NCBI RefSeq assembly: GCF_024521635.1
Contig: NW_026250422.1
Coordinates: forward strand, 372,001-436,000
Reading direction: 5' to 3'
Length of the DNA: 64,000 nucleotides
Source of the DNA: Tricharina praecox
Taxonomy: Eukaryota
Positions 1 to 12,172 of the stretch are shown here, piece after piece. The notes under the pieces were generated by a model. That model did no database searches and was not told where the DNA came from. It saw only the letters and a list, made by a program, of their open reading frames with translations. A program made the translations under genes and the position numbers. Each line of letters opens with the position of its first letter. Position 1 is the stretch's first letter.

Positions 1-2230
1 CCGAAGCTACTGACGAACGGGAAAGGAGAATCATACACTATAATAGAGAAAGTTTCGCCAAACTCCTTCGGCTGTTGAAGGCAGGCACACCTGATACAGA
101 TTGGAAGACGACGATGGAGTCATTTGATGACCTTGTGCAAAGTGACAAGGTACTAATCACTGGCATGGAACACTATCAGGACCTTTGCCATCACCTTCAT
201 CTGGCCCAAGTGTTCACCTTGCCGATTCTCTATTCAAAACCAACGGTGGCTTGCCGTAATGTACTTCCACCAAGTGCTGGAAACGAAGGCCTCATCTTCC
301 ATGGCTGGAAGTGGGAGGAAATACCGAAATCCATTTATGTAGTAGTCGTGGTTCCACGGTACCTACTGAAGGATTTAGCCAACATCAGCAAATGGGAAAC
401 GCCCATCATTCAGGCCGAGATCTTCACGAGAGTCGGCTACAATATATTTTCCTCAGTACACGCGGTCTTTGCGAAAATATCGATAATGGGGAAAGCTGCC
501 AACGCCAGAATCACACTTACAGACGACCCCGAAGGATGGGCAGGAACCTCTCCGCTTGTCGCAATTCTTCGAGTGCCTACCTGGAAATTATTGATCAATC
601 CTGAAGATATTGTTATACGCCTAAAGAGTGTACCCAATTGTGGGGAGATGGCTGGCTTTTTAGGGTATGGCTCTGTCATTTTCTCAGTCAAACTTTTCAG
701 CCCGATGCATGTCATGTTGTGCCGGAATCTCCCTAATTCAAAAGGACCGGTCGGCCTCGTGGAAGTCCCCTCCGTTTCGCCTCCAATGCCGCGGGGTCCA
801 ATTACACCGGTGAAGGTACTCATGGATATCGGTGCAACTTTTGTGTTAAGTCTCACCATCCGAGTGGACATTGAAGAGGAAAATGCAAAGCGAAGCCTTC
901 TACGTGGCATGGTGGTTACCGCTCGGCAAACTTTCCCCCACATCATGGAGGTCACGTCTTCCAATGGGAGTTTCGTCAAGGAGGTGGTGTTTCCGTTCCC
1001 GGTCGATGGCAGAAGTTTAAGGACCCACACAGACCGAAGGAATGCGTACATCGAGGTAAGGACCTGCTTGCAGAAAATCTCAAACAATTTAGTCATCCAC
1101 TCATGCGTACTTAGATCGTCGTTACTCCGTTCAAACCTCTAAGAGAAGGCGCCGACTTCTCGATGTACCAGCTCCCGGTAATTACCAACGGCGACTCCCC
1201 GAACCCGACTTTATGGAACATCCATTCTCTCCGTGGCCTCAACAAACTACCAATCCTCAACACTATCGGTCGCCTCTCCTGGGAATGGTACGTCCCTCAC
1301 TTTTCACTGCAATTCTCAGATCGGGAATGGCTCATCCGTGAGAGATGCCGCCGTGGAAAGTGGGTGTCGGAAACGAAGGGTCCTCTGATCGATGTAAAAG
1401 ACTCATTGTTTTCATTATTCACCGGGCGTGTAGGCGCACAAGGTAACCGACCAGGAACGAAAGTTTTCGGCTTCGTAAATGTGGAACACGGCGCAATGTT
1501 TCCAGGATTTGACTTCGTCATTTTTGTGGCCGATATTCGGATGGATCTTGCATCTCATACGGCCGTCACTGATGCCTGTGTGCTGTTTTTGACGTCCGAG
1601 GTTCCGGAGAAACTTCGGCGCGATCTCCTGGTACTGGGAACGTACAAATCATCAGCGTTTTCGACATTGATGACGGTCGAAATATCTCCGGAAGAGAAAA
1701 GACTATGGAGCCGACTTCTCCCAGCCTACGTCGAGCGCTGTCGGGAGTGGAAACACGATCCCGCCACTTGCAAGTACCGTCGCGGAAAAGCCAGATTTCA
1801 ACTCGCGCCGGAGCCTTTCCCGGAGTCTTTACCGGGGGGGAACTCGTGGAAGACTCTCCTGGATCTCGCATCAGAGTCTTTTATCTGCGATTGCGGCCTA
1901 GGGAAGGATCTACCGGAAACCTTCACCAACAACAGAGAGTTTCGGCCGTTTGCACCGTGGGTCACTCGCGTGGCGCTTTCGCCGCTGTTTGGAGTCTCGT
2001 ATATGGAGCCTGTGGGAGTCGTCCACGGAGGTAAGGATATGGATGAAATTATAGAGCTCTGTAACCTCATCTGTTGGAACCCGGACTGCCACAAGGGGGA
2101 GCTGGACGGCGTGAAGCAGTTTAAGTGTCCGAAGTGTGGCGTGGCGACTTATTGCTCGGCTGCCTGTCAGAGGAAACATTATAAGGTTCATAAGAAGCTT
2201 TGTGAGAATAATAAGAGGTATCCTTATTAA
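1..2230 (+). CDS. MYND-type zinc-finger protein, 5'-partial; exons <3..1055 and 1115..2230
   Basis: Frame open from the window start. A GTAAGG...TTAG intron (1056-1114) joins ORFs 75..1142 and 1163..2230 in phase 0. C-terminal CxxxxC...CxxC...YCSxxCQxxHxxxHKxxC MYND motif. Confidence 0.85.
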
Positions 2231-2734
2231 GGCGAGACAGCGGATTGTCCCGCAGATATGCGTGGGTTTTGTTTTTGTTTCTTGGATTTTGGTCGAGTGA
2301 TTCGATTAGGGGATTCTGCTTATGTTGTGTTTATAGGGTGTTTGGTCAGATTGTACCGATAGAAGGAGCCCCTGGGTAATTGCTGTGTGTGTTTTTTTTT
2401 TGAGACAGCTGTTTGATGCTGTTTGATGCTGCTTGTAGGTAGCCCCATCGAGGATTTCCTTTTCTTTCCCTTCATGAGTGGCCCGGGGCGATGTGATGCA
2501 TCATGCCCGTCACACCGTCAAGATTCCCTACATTAGGTACCTGGATTTCCAGTCGACGATAATGAAACTCTGAACCTACATACCGCCGGGTCCCCAGTGA
2601 AGCAAACTCTACAGAGTCCCTTGGAATCCTCTGATTCCCCAGCCGTCCCACAGGTTATGTACCAGACTTCGCAGCCGCTTCAGATGTGTGCGTTACGGGG
2701 GAAATGAAGGGAAAGAAGATGGAAAAGAAAATAC

Positions 2735-2791
2735 AGTAACCAACGTTGGGGGGATTTACTAAAAGTAAACCCGCCCTAAACGGCGATTACT
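2735..2791 (-). other. Conserved 57-nt 3' stem-loop, copy A
   Basis: Imperfect inverted repeat 16 nt after the stop codon; homologous to 4046-4102, 15248-15304 and 39843-39899. Confidence 0.75.
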
Positions 2792-2807
2792 GCTAAAACT
2801 TTTTTTT

Positions 2808-3279
2808 CTACGTAACGATACAGCTAAGGCGACTGCTGTTGCCCGCCTGTTCCTCCCCCTCTTTCTTCGCTTCCTTCTCCGGATGCTGCTCTGGTAGCTG
2901 CTGCTCCAGCTTCTTCTCATGCTCCGCCTTCTGACGCACCTCCGCCCCCTCCTGCACCTCCGCCCCCTCCTGCACCTCCGCCTAGTGCTACAACTCCTCG
3001 CGGCGCACCTCCACGTGGCGCATCTCATCCTACATCTCCTCCCGTCCCTCCCCTCCCCACCGACCTCATCCTGTCCCTCCCCCTCCACGCAGGTCTCCCT
3101 ACAAATCCATCTCCTCAGGCCTTCCTCAACGCCAGGATGCTGGGCTTGAGGGCGTAGTAGATGTAGATCGGCTTGGGGGCGGCGCGCGCGGTCTTGGAGA
3201 TGCCGCCGCTGCCGCTGCCGCTTCTAGCGGGCTTGGGCACGCGCTTGCACAGGTTGTAGTTGTGCTTGTGAGGAGACAT
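2808..3279 (-). pseudogene. CaaX-family copy A (internal deletion, stops); tail reads QAGNSSRLSCIVT*
   Basis: Starts MSPHKHNYNL like the other copies. Core largely deleted, intron 2 absent, premature stops. Homologous to 4118..4790. Confidence 0.8.
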
Positions 3280-3539
3280 CTCTGGTATCTCCATCGCCCC
3301 TTTCTTCTTTTTCTCCATGATGCGCTTCGCATTGTTGAACGACTCCTGTATGTATCTCTGGTTGGTATCCTATCCGAGTTAGCATTCGTTATTTGCGAGT
3401 GAGGTTGTGTGATAGGACGGATATAGGTAGTACTTACTTGCGATTGGGGATAAAGTCGGGGAAAAGTTCGATATTCAAATCTGGCGTTGAAGTTGTCACA
3501 GAGAGTCGTGTGAGCGTGTGATTTGTATGATGAAGAGAA

Positions 3540-3748
3540 TGTTGGAGGGATCGATGGTGGAGATCACTGGAACGATCGTGATAGGGAGAAGTGTTGTGTT
3601 CTTGTCTAGGAGCTACAGCTACGAGAGAGGGAGGAAGAGAGAAAGAAATACAGAGCTTCGAACCGCTACCCACCAAATGTCGCTAGCACCTACCACCAGT
3701 CCACCGACTGACTAGTGGGCTACTCACAGGAACTCACTAGTTCCCACA
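3540..3748. mobile_element. Solo LTR (209 bp) inserted upstream of copy A
   Basis: Begins TGTTGGA and ends TCCCACA (TG...CA). Flanked by GAGAA at 3535-3539 and 3749-3753. Absent from the homologous position in copies B and E. Confidence 0.85.
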
Positions 3749-4045
3749 GAGAAGAAGAGAAGACAAGAGAAGAGAATAGAAGTGAGTGGGCCTGAGTGTG
3801 GGGGTTTTGTAGACCTATGGTCGGATCTTTCCACGGATTGCACAGGACTAAATAGAGGGCCACCATGACGGAGTAAACATCTCCTTCCCCAGCAGGAATC
3901 AGTGGAATATCCTACTATAGATGAAGCCTGATCAGTGTATAAAATCTGCTTGTCAATACTGTAGACCAATTCAACCACACTCTTCGGATGCGGAGTCGAG
4001 AGAAGCAAAAAAACGGAAAGAAGATGGAAAAGAAAGGAAATAAGA

Positions 4046-4102
4046 AGTAAACACCGTTGGGGGAATGTACTAAAAGTAAACCAGCCCTAAACGGTGGTTA
4101 CT
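4046..4102 (-). other. Conserved 57-nt 3' stem-loop, copy B
   Basis: Inverted repeat AGTAAACACCGTT...AACGGTGGTTACT, 15 nt after the stop. Confidence 0.75.
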
Positions 4103-4117
4103 GCTAAAACTTTTATT

Positions 4118-4790
4118 TTACATAACGATGCAGCTGAGGCCGCTGTTATTGGCCGCCTGTTCCGCCTCCTCTTGCTCCGCTTCCTCCTCCGCGTTCTCCT
4201 CCTGCTGCTCCTGCAGCTGTTCCTTCTGCAGCTGTTGCTCGAGCTGTTGCTCCTGCTCCTCCTCCTCTTGATGCTGCTCCTTCTGCAGCTGCTGCTCAAG
4301 CTGCTGCTCAAGTTCCTGCTCCTGCACCTCCTCTTGTCCCACCTCCTCTTCCTCCTCTCCGCTGATCGCCTCCAATTCCATCTCGTCAGGCCACTCCCCG
4401 CCCTCAACGCCCGCGGGAATGGAGATCTTCAAGGCCACCACGCCGCGTGGGGCGCGCTTCCCGCCGCAACTCAGGCGGTGGAAGCGCTCACCCTCGACGA
4501 GCGTGGTGTCCTTGGTGATCTCCATCTCCGTGAGGCGCGCCATCGCGCTGAACTTGAGGGCGTAGTAGATCGTCTTTGGGGCGGCCCGCGCGGTCTTGGA
4601 GATACTGCTGCGGCTGGCGGCGGTCTTGGAGGTCTGCAAGCGCGGTGTTGGCAGGTGGATTGCGGTAGGAGTGTAGGGGTGCGGAGAGTGCTTAGCTACG
4701 TACCTTGCAGGCCTTGCGGCGTGGCGGCGTGGCGGCAGCGGCCCTTTCGGCGCGCTTTCGGAGGTTGTAGTTATGCTTGTGGGGAGACAT
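4118..4790 (-). CDS. CaaX-family copy B, apparently intact ~200 aa; exons 4790..4704 and 4633..4118; ends LSCIVM
   Basis: ATG directly after a 5'-leader intron (4791-4862). Phase-0 GTACGT...TTGCAG intron 4634-4703. Uninterrupted frame to the CaaX box and stop. Confidence 0.75.
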
Positions 4791-6190
4791 CTGGTAGGTA
4801 TTCGAATTAGCAGTCGTTATTTGCGAGTGAGTTTGTGTGATATCACGGATTTACCTACTTACTTGCGCTTGTTGGCGGAGTCGTCGAAGTCCGAATTTCG
4901 AATTTTGGCGTTCGAGTCGACTTTCAGAGTCGTTTGAGCGTGGGATTTGTATGATGAATAGAAGAGAAGAAGAGAAGTGGGTGGGCGTGGAGGTTTTTAT
5001 GTGTGTTGGTGCCGCAGGCTTGAGAATGAGCTTCAATAGGCAGCTGAGGCTGGCGAGACTCAATCGCAGATGGTGAGAGATGGTGAGAGATTGTCTAGTA
5101 ATGGCCTCGCGGGGCTATTGAAGCTCACCGAGTAGCGATACTTATTAGATCTTCCCACAGATTGCGTAGGACTAGAGGGCCTCCGCCGCCGTATGTGTGG
5201 ATATTGCCATAGTCGTTAGTGTGTATATATAAAATAGCCACCGAGAAAAGTTCTCGTCGTCGTGGGGGGGATCTACGCCGTACAGTACCTCTCGTAGTGA
5301 CGTAGGTACTAGAAGCTGTCGGATAGGGGCCTGCACATATCGTTAGCATATGAAATATCATGGGACGAAACAATAGACGAACGAAGAACAGACGTTCCCC
5401 AGGGCTGCATGGTCTTCAAGTCCGTCCTAGTCGACTTATTCGTAGTGCTGAGTAACGCCCCGTCGGGCTGTCACACCAGGCGGCCGAGATGGGCGCCGTC
5501 CACCTGGGATATCTTCGTCCGGCTTCCGCAAGGAATTTGGGAAGGCTATGGAAGCGGGAATCGTCGGGGAACACTGCCTTCGTCGACGACAATTTCGGGT
5601 GTAGTAGGCATGGTTTGGAATGGAGACTCTGAAAAGTAGCTGAAGAAAGTGGAGTTCCCCCCTCACAGGTGAAGCCATTGAACTGGAAATCTTCATCTGG
5701 ATTCGTCAGAAGGCCGAACATTGGCCCGAGCTCGAGCTCCGGTCCGTCCTCTCGACGAACGAGCTGGAGCTCGGGCTCGATGTCCACTTGCAGGGTCCCG
5801 ATGGTAGCTCCGTGCTAGGCCTGTCCAATCACCCGTGGCAATTGGCCGCGTGCTTGCAGGGGTGCTGTCCCGCACTTGACCCGCACTTATATAGAGCACT
5901 TCCGCATCAGACCTCGTCGAACTCAATTCAGACGACGACAGACAGACAGACAGACAGCAACGTCCCGAGCAAAGAAACAGCTCTCACCCAGAAACTTCCA
6001 TTCAACAGGTTCGTCCCATCCATAGCAATCGATAGCCTCACCTCATCCTCCCTTCACACCTCTTCCCATCCTAATTGCCCTCCATACTACTACCATCACA
6101 ATGAAAAAGCTCACAGCCCTCTTCTGCAACGTTAATCTAGCCCCGGACTTTCACTTTCGGCTCCCCACGTCATCTCGCACAATCCGCAAA

Positions 6191-7300
6191 ATGGCCGAGT
6201 CCGTGAACCACCAGGAGGTGCATGATCTCCTCGTCGAGGTCGCTCGCAAGGCGGGTGACATGATCGCTACTGCTCAGCCGCATATCAATACCAGCTCGTC
6301 CAAGAAGAACTGTAGGTTGTTGGGATCATGGGATGTGAAGCGTGGCACTGACGGTTCGGTTTTCTACAGCGGCCGATTTGGTCACCGAGACGGATAAGGC
6401 TGTTGAGAAGTTCGTCATCGGAGCTCTCAGGGAGCGTTATCCTGACTACGAGTACGTCCCACATCTCTACGTCCTTCGCTGTATATCTCTCTTTGCTGAC
6501 TTAGACGGTGTACAGCTTCCTCGGCGAGGAGACCTACGTCCCCGGCAAGCAGCTCACGGACAAGCCCACGTTCATCTGCGACCCTATCGATGGCACAACC
6601 AACTTCATCCACGCGTTCCCGAACGTCTGCATCTCGCTAGCCCTGTGCGTCATGCGCATGCCGGTCGTGGGAGTGATTTACAATCCATGTTCGCACTCTT
6701 CCCCCGCCCCACTTCTAACCAACGAGTCGTGGCTGATATGGGGGTGCAGACACGACGCACATGTACACCGCCATCAAAAACCAAGGTTCATTCCTCACGA
6801 TGCCAGTGCGCACCGACTCCCCTACGTCCCCGGCGCCCATCGCACCCCGAAAAATCCGTCTCCCCCGCAAGCAGCACCCTGAGCCGCTCACGGGCCTCCA
6901 GAATGCCCTCTGCGCCGTAGAATGGGGCTCCGACCGTTCCGGCCACAACTTCGAAGTGAAGCACCGCACCTTCACCAAGCTCGCTGGCGCCATAGAGGAA
7001 GGTGGAAAGATGGTCCACTCTCTACGCAGCATGGGCAGCGCCGCGTTGAATCTGTGCGCTGTTGCTGCGGGCCAGGTCGATCTGTACTGGGAGGGTGGAT
7101 GCTGGGCCTGGGATGTGGCCGCGGGCTGGCTGATTCTTACTGAGGCGGGCGGGATTATGGTGGATGGAAACCCCGGCGGTTGGACGCCTGCTGTGGATTG
7201 CAGACGCTATCTGGCTATTAGGGCCGCCCCGAGTGGCCAGAAGGAGCTCGTGGAGGAGTTCTGGAGCGCCATCGAGGGAAGGATGGAGTACTCTTCTTAA
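6191..7300 (+). CDS. Inositol monophosphatase family protein; introns 6312-6369, 6452-6515, 6689-6749
   Basis: DLVTETD, GEE, DPIDGTTNF, RSMGSAAL and WDVAAG motifs; the introns restore frame. An upstream in-frame ATG exists at 6101. Confidence 0.93.
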
Positions 7301-8014
7301 GGGGACGACAAGAAGCCACAGAAGGGCGTAATCGATCCGTGATGACTGTCATTATAGTGGTAATAGGAGTGATATGCATGTTGTAGAATGAACAGTAACG
7401 ACAGAGTGCAATTGCGGTACGAGTCCAGGTGCAGATGTGCGGAAACGGGAGTAACTGTCGGCGATTTGTCGGTGAGTCTTTGAACAGTTGATGACGTCGT
7501 TTGACGACACTAATTCATGTGATATATATCTCCAAACCTCTGACCTCCATATCACCTGTAACCTCCGGGTCATGATCCAGGTACCAATGTATCTTCCGTC
7601 TTACCTGATGAAGTCATGAGATGTGGCGTAAGATACGGGATATCACTCGCGTATTCCGTTTTTGGCAGGGTTCGAGAAAGGTGCTATTTCCGGACAGGGC
7701 AGCCCCCGCTCAGAGATCAGACTTCAGACCTACCGAGGATTAATTACATGAAGTCTCCAGTGTTTGGCTCCCGCTACAAACATTCCATCCAAGCAACATA
7801 TCTCGAGAAATCGGCACGGGAGTGGAACATTTGGTCACCAAGCATCGTTCTCACGCTCGCCAAGCGTGCACCCCCCCATCGCGTCTGGTGAGGCGCAGCG
7901 CAGCTCGCAACAAAAAGAGTCACATCCCGCCGAGTTCTCGTCCATCCACCTTCCCTCGCAACCCCCACCCGCACCCGCAAAGCACCCACCACACAGTCGC
8001 CCGAAGTCTCGCGA

Positions 8015-9013
8015 ATGCCATCGAAAATTGCAACATCAATAGACCCCTTCCTCAGCCTCCTCCCGCCAGAACTGTTCCTCCTGATAGCTACCAAGCTCAA
8101 GCCCGAAGACCTCGCCTCCTTCGTCGTCTCGTCGCCGCTACTGAGCAGAACCTATGTTCCTCTCCTCATCACCTACACCTCACCGCAGGGGGAGACACTC
8201 CTCACCGGCGCCGTAATCCGGCGCCACCACGGCCTAGTGCACTCACTGCTACAACACGGGGCCGACCCGAACGTACACGACCACACCGAGCGGGCCACGC
8301 CTTTGCACCACGCCAGCATATCGGCGGACCTCTCCTCAGTGCGGCTCCTGCTACGCTTCTCCGCGCACCCCAACGCTTCCGCCCTCGGTGATATAACACC
8401 ACTGCACTTCGCGGCGACCGCCGCCGACGGACACACCATAATCCCCCTGCTGATCCGCGGCGGCGCCTCGATAAACCGCGCGAACGACACGGGCTGCACG
8501 GCGATCTGGTGGGCCGCGTCGAAAGGTCGGGAGCTCAACGTGCGTGCGCTGCTAGAGCTGGGCGCGGACGGCGCGCGCGCCGACGCCGACGGATGGTCGC
8601 CGCTACATTGTGCCGCGGCCAAGGGCTACGCGGGGATCGTGGGCGCGCTGGTGGACGCGGGCATGGGGATGGGCGCAAGGGATAATGCCGGGCTCACGCC
8701 GCTGATATACGCGGCGATGAAGGGCCATGTGGACGCGGTGAAAATCCTACTGGCGAAGGGGGCGGATGTGGATGCGGGCGATGGAATGGGCGGCACCACG
8801 GAGTTGACGGCGATTTGCTGCGCGGCCTGTGCCGGACATGAGGAGGTCGTGAGGCTGCTGCTGGAGGCGGGCGCGAGTGTGGGCCTTAGGGATGCGGTGA
8901 TCTCAGCGGGCGCTGCCGGGAAGAGAGGCGTTATGGAGATGCTGCTGAAGTGTGGAAGGGAGGAGGTCAGGGATCGCGGGGGAGAGCTCATGGCGTATTT
9001 TCGCGAGATTTAG
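8015..9013 (+). CDS. F-box-like plus ankyrin-repeat protein
   Basis: N-terminal LLPPELFLLIA F-box-like motif; repeated TPLH/TPL..AA..G ankyrin units. Confidence 0.88.
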   Translation: MPSKIATSIDPFLSLLPPELFLLIATKLKPEDLASFVVSSPLLSRTYVPLLITYTSPQGETLLTGAVIRRHHGLVHSLLQHGADPNVHDHTERATPLHHASISADLSSVRLLLRFSAHPNASALGDITPLHFAATAADGHTIIPLLIRGGASINRANDTGCTAIWWAASKGRELNVRALLELGADGARADADGWSPLHCAAAKGYAGIVGALVDAGMGMGARDNAGLTPLIYAAMKGHVDAVKILLAKGADVDAGDGMGGTTELTAICCAACAGHEEVVRLLLEAGASVGLRDAVISAGAAGKRGVMEMLLKCGREEVRDRGGELMAYFREI

Positions 9014-9742
9014 GGTGCTCTGGCCGATGGCCGATGGGTTGCTTGCGGGGGTGTTTAAAAGCGCTACATTGCCTTTGGTTCTGGTTCAATGTCTATCTCT
9101 TCTTCTTTTTCTTTTTCTGTCAGCTGACGATATGTTTATGGTCTCGGGCTTCTTGTGGTTTTCATTTCTTTGCTGTTGCTTTTTGCGTCTACTTAGCATG
9201 CGTTTGTTTTGTTTTTTCCTCGGAGTTCGCTTGATTTTGTTTATATAGCGTGCGTTTCGTTTATTCGGCCTGGGGCTTTACTTTTCGACAGAGGAGGGCT
9301 TTCGTTTGGTGGCCTTTTGGTCACGATTGCTGAGGATTTGGGATTGGGTTGCTGGATGTTCTGATGGAGAGTACCTAGGGGAAAGACTGCGGAGGGAGGA
9401 GGTTTCAAGAAACAGGAGGGCGGATGGGGAAGGAATGGAGTCAGTCTGGTGATGGGGATACGAGCATCTGTGATGAGTGGTTGGAAACCGAGCAAACCAT
9501 CACTGCCATCTCGACGTCCGCCGTCGACGCCGACACCGGCAAAGATCCCTCCAGCCCTGGAAATGGCGACTATCGAAACGGTATAAAGCTGTAGAGTACA
9601 CGCCGCCTCCAAGAGACGACCGAGACCAAAAGGAGAGAGAAAACGCCGTCTATGTAAAACCGTGGAAGAAAAAAAAAACCCTCCAGAAAAAAAAGCCACA
9701 GCCATCTCTTCTCTGCAGCCACTATCCCCATCCAACCTCCTC

Positions 9743-10237
9743 CTACAGCCCAGCAATATCAAAACTAGTCCCACACCCACAACTACTTGTGGCAAGCGGG
9801 TTCTTGACCACAAACTGACTCCCAATCAGCTCCTGGGTGTAATCCACCGTGGACCCCTTGAGCAACTCCAAACTCGGCTCGTCAAGCACAACCCTGGCGC
9901 CAGTCTCCTCATCGGTAAACAACGAATCCTCGGCGGGATTCACCTTGTCTGACAGCGAGATCGTGTACTGGAAGCCGTGGCACCCGCCGGACTCCACCGT
10001 TACTCGCAGCGCCAGAAGGGGATTCGAGTCTCTCGTCTGGATCGCTTGTAGTCGTGAGGATGCTCGTGGGGTCAGCACGATCGACATCGTCGCTGAAGGG
10101 TCGGTGGGGTCGGCGCGCGGGTTCGTAATCTGTAGGCCGAGGAGCCGCGGGGTGAGGCTGAGGGCGCGGTGGGATGTGATGCGGTAGGCTGGGAGGACCC
10201 GGGGGCGTATTCGTAGGAGAGGGCGGAAGGGGTTCAT
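9743..10237 (-). CDS. ISA2: Mitochondrial A-type Fe-S cluster assembly protein Isa2
   Basis: Basic presequence; VESGGCHGFQY and SSCGCGTSF motifs. Confidence 0.93.
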   Translation of the reverse strand: MNPFRPLLRIRPRVLPAYRITSHRALSLTPRLLGLQITNPRADPTDPSATMSIVLTPRASSRLQAIQTRDSNPLLALRVTVESGGCHGFQYTISLSDKVNPAEDSLFTDEETGARVVLDEPSLELLKGSTVDYTQELIGSQFVVKNPLATSSCGCGTSFDIAGL

Positions 10238-10568
10238 GCTTGCGGTGGACGGTGGGTGGTGGAAGATGCGGTGAGGTCGAGTGGTTCGCGGCGCGGCAAC
10301 GGGTGATTATGTTGAAGTTGTGCTCGGCGGGAGAGAGATGAAGCCGATGGATCCACAATGCACATCGCCGGCGGCGAATGACGCCACTGTGGTCGGACTT
10401 GGCACCACACCACACCCACCCACCCTACATCCCCGCCATCCGACGATAAGCGATATCCACCCCGCCATACCTCAGCCCACTCTACACTACTTCTTTAAAA
10501 GTGACGCAGTCGAGCTGGAGCTTTCTCTCAAGAGTCTACTATATACATACAAAGCTACACACCACGCA

Positions 10569-12172
10569 ATGGACTCGACGCAATTCGACAGCTTTCTTCG
10601 TGGTGATCGTATATCCCTAGCGGATTCCAAGTCGACGTCACTGGAGTACGCGCAGCATCTCGACAGTATCGATCCCCTGCGACGCTTCCGTGACGAGTTC
10701 CTAATTCCCTCGAAGTCGGACTTGAAGGACCCGCACCCGGAGGCGAAGCCTGTCTTGGAGCAGAATGGTTCGTCTTTTGTACACCGAAAGCAAGAGGTGG
10801 AGTGAGAATCGCTGATGGAGTGTGAGAGAAGACGCCTCGGATCCATGTATTTACCTCTGCGGAAACTCACTCGGGCTGCAACCCCGCCGCACACGCACCC
10901 TCCTCAACGAGGAGCTGAGTATCTGGGCCACCCGCGGGGTAACCGGTCACTTCAACCATCCACAATCCATGCCGTGGGTCTCGGCCTCGGAGACGGTCAG
11001 CGTGTCCATGGCGAAAATCGTCGGCGCCCTGCCAAGCGAGGTGGCAGTGATGGGCTCGCTCACCGAGAACATCCACCTGCTGCTTGCGAGTTTCTACAAG
11101 CCTTCAGGATCGCGGACAAAAATCGTCATCGAGGGCAAAGCCTTCCCATCCGACCACTACGCAGTAGAGTCGCAAATATCCTGGCACGGGCTGGATCCGG
11201 CAAAGCACCTCGTGTGCATCCACCCCAAAGCCGGCGACGGCGAGTACACCATCTCAACAGCGCACATCCTCCGCACGATCGACGAGCACCACGACACGGC
11301 GGCACTCCTCTTCCTCAGCGGCGTGCAGTACTACACCGGGCAGGCGTTCGACATCAAGACGATCACGGCGCACGCACAGGCGCGGGGCATAACCGTCGGC
11401 TGGGATTTTGCCCACGCCGTTGGCAACATCCCGCTCGAGCTGCACGAGTGGGGCATCGACTTTGCCGCCTGGTGCACGTACAAATACCTCTCGTCTGGTC
11501 CCGGCGGCATGGCAGGGATCTTCGTACACGACAAGCACGCCGCCGGCGGACGACACAGGCTCGCCGGCTGGTGGGGCCATAATCCGGAAAGCAGATTCAA
11601 GATGGACAACAGTATGTAGCTCTTCCCTGCCCACCTGCTCCATCCACGGCTTGTGTGTGCATACATACATTACTAACGACCAGCTAGACTTCGTCCCGAC
11701 GCCGGGCGCAGCGGGCTACCAAGTCTCAAACCCCAGCATAATGTCGCTCACCGCGCTCCGCGCCTCACTATCAGTGTTCACAGAGACGTCGATGAGCAGT
11801 CTGCGCACGAAATCTGTGCACCTAACCAACTACCTCGAGCACCTTCTACAGACCACCTTCTCCTCCCCCACCACACCCAGCCCATTCAAGATTATCACGC
11901 CCGGCGACCCGCAGCAGCGCGGCGCACAGCTCAGCCTGCTGTTCGGAGAGGGCCTCATGCTGCCGGTTTATGAGCTTCTGCATAGCCAGGGCATCGTCGT
12001 CGACGAAAGGAAGCCGAACGTTATCCGTGTAGCCCCGCTGCCGATGTACAATACGTTCGAGGAGTGCTGGAGGTTCGTGCAGGCGCTGAAGAGCGCGTTG
12101 GAGTCGGTGGGGGAACCGAAGGTCGGTGCAGAGGAGAGGGACGCCGCAGAGAAGGGGCCGACTAGTCCGTAG
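10569..12172 (+). CDS. BNA5: Kynureninase; introns 10768-~10828/10831 and 11612-11687
   Basis: YLCGNSLGLQP, AFPSDHYA, WCTYKYL (PLP lysine), RGAQLS and IRVAP motifs. The first acceptor position is uncertain. Confidence 0.95.

Noticed and set aside
4118..4160. CaaX family as a-factor-like pheromone precursors
   Set aside because: The tail resembles fungal lipopeptide pheromone CaaX ends, but a ~200-aa precursor with a core domain is far longer than known a-type precursors. Not excluded, but unsupported.
4440..4790. Histone H3-tail homology (KTAR, GGKRAPR)
   Set aside because: Only short basic motifs match and there is no histone fold; likely compositional.
4094..4810. 238-aa Leu-rich plus-strand ORF and similar ORFs at 2919, 19608 and 40054
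   Set aside because: Antisense shadows of GAG/CAG-rich coding sequence.
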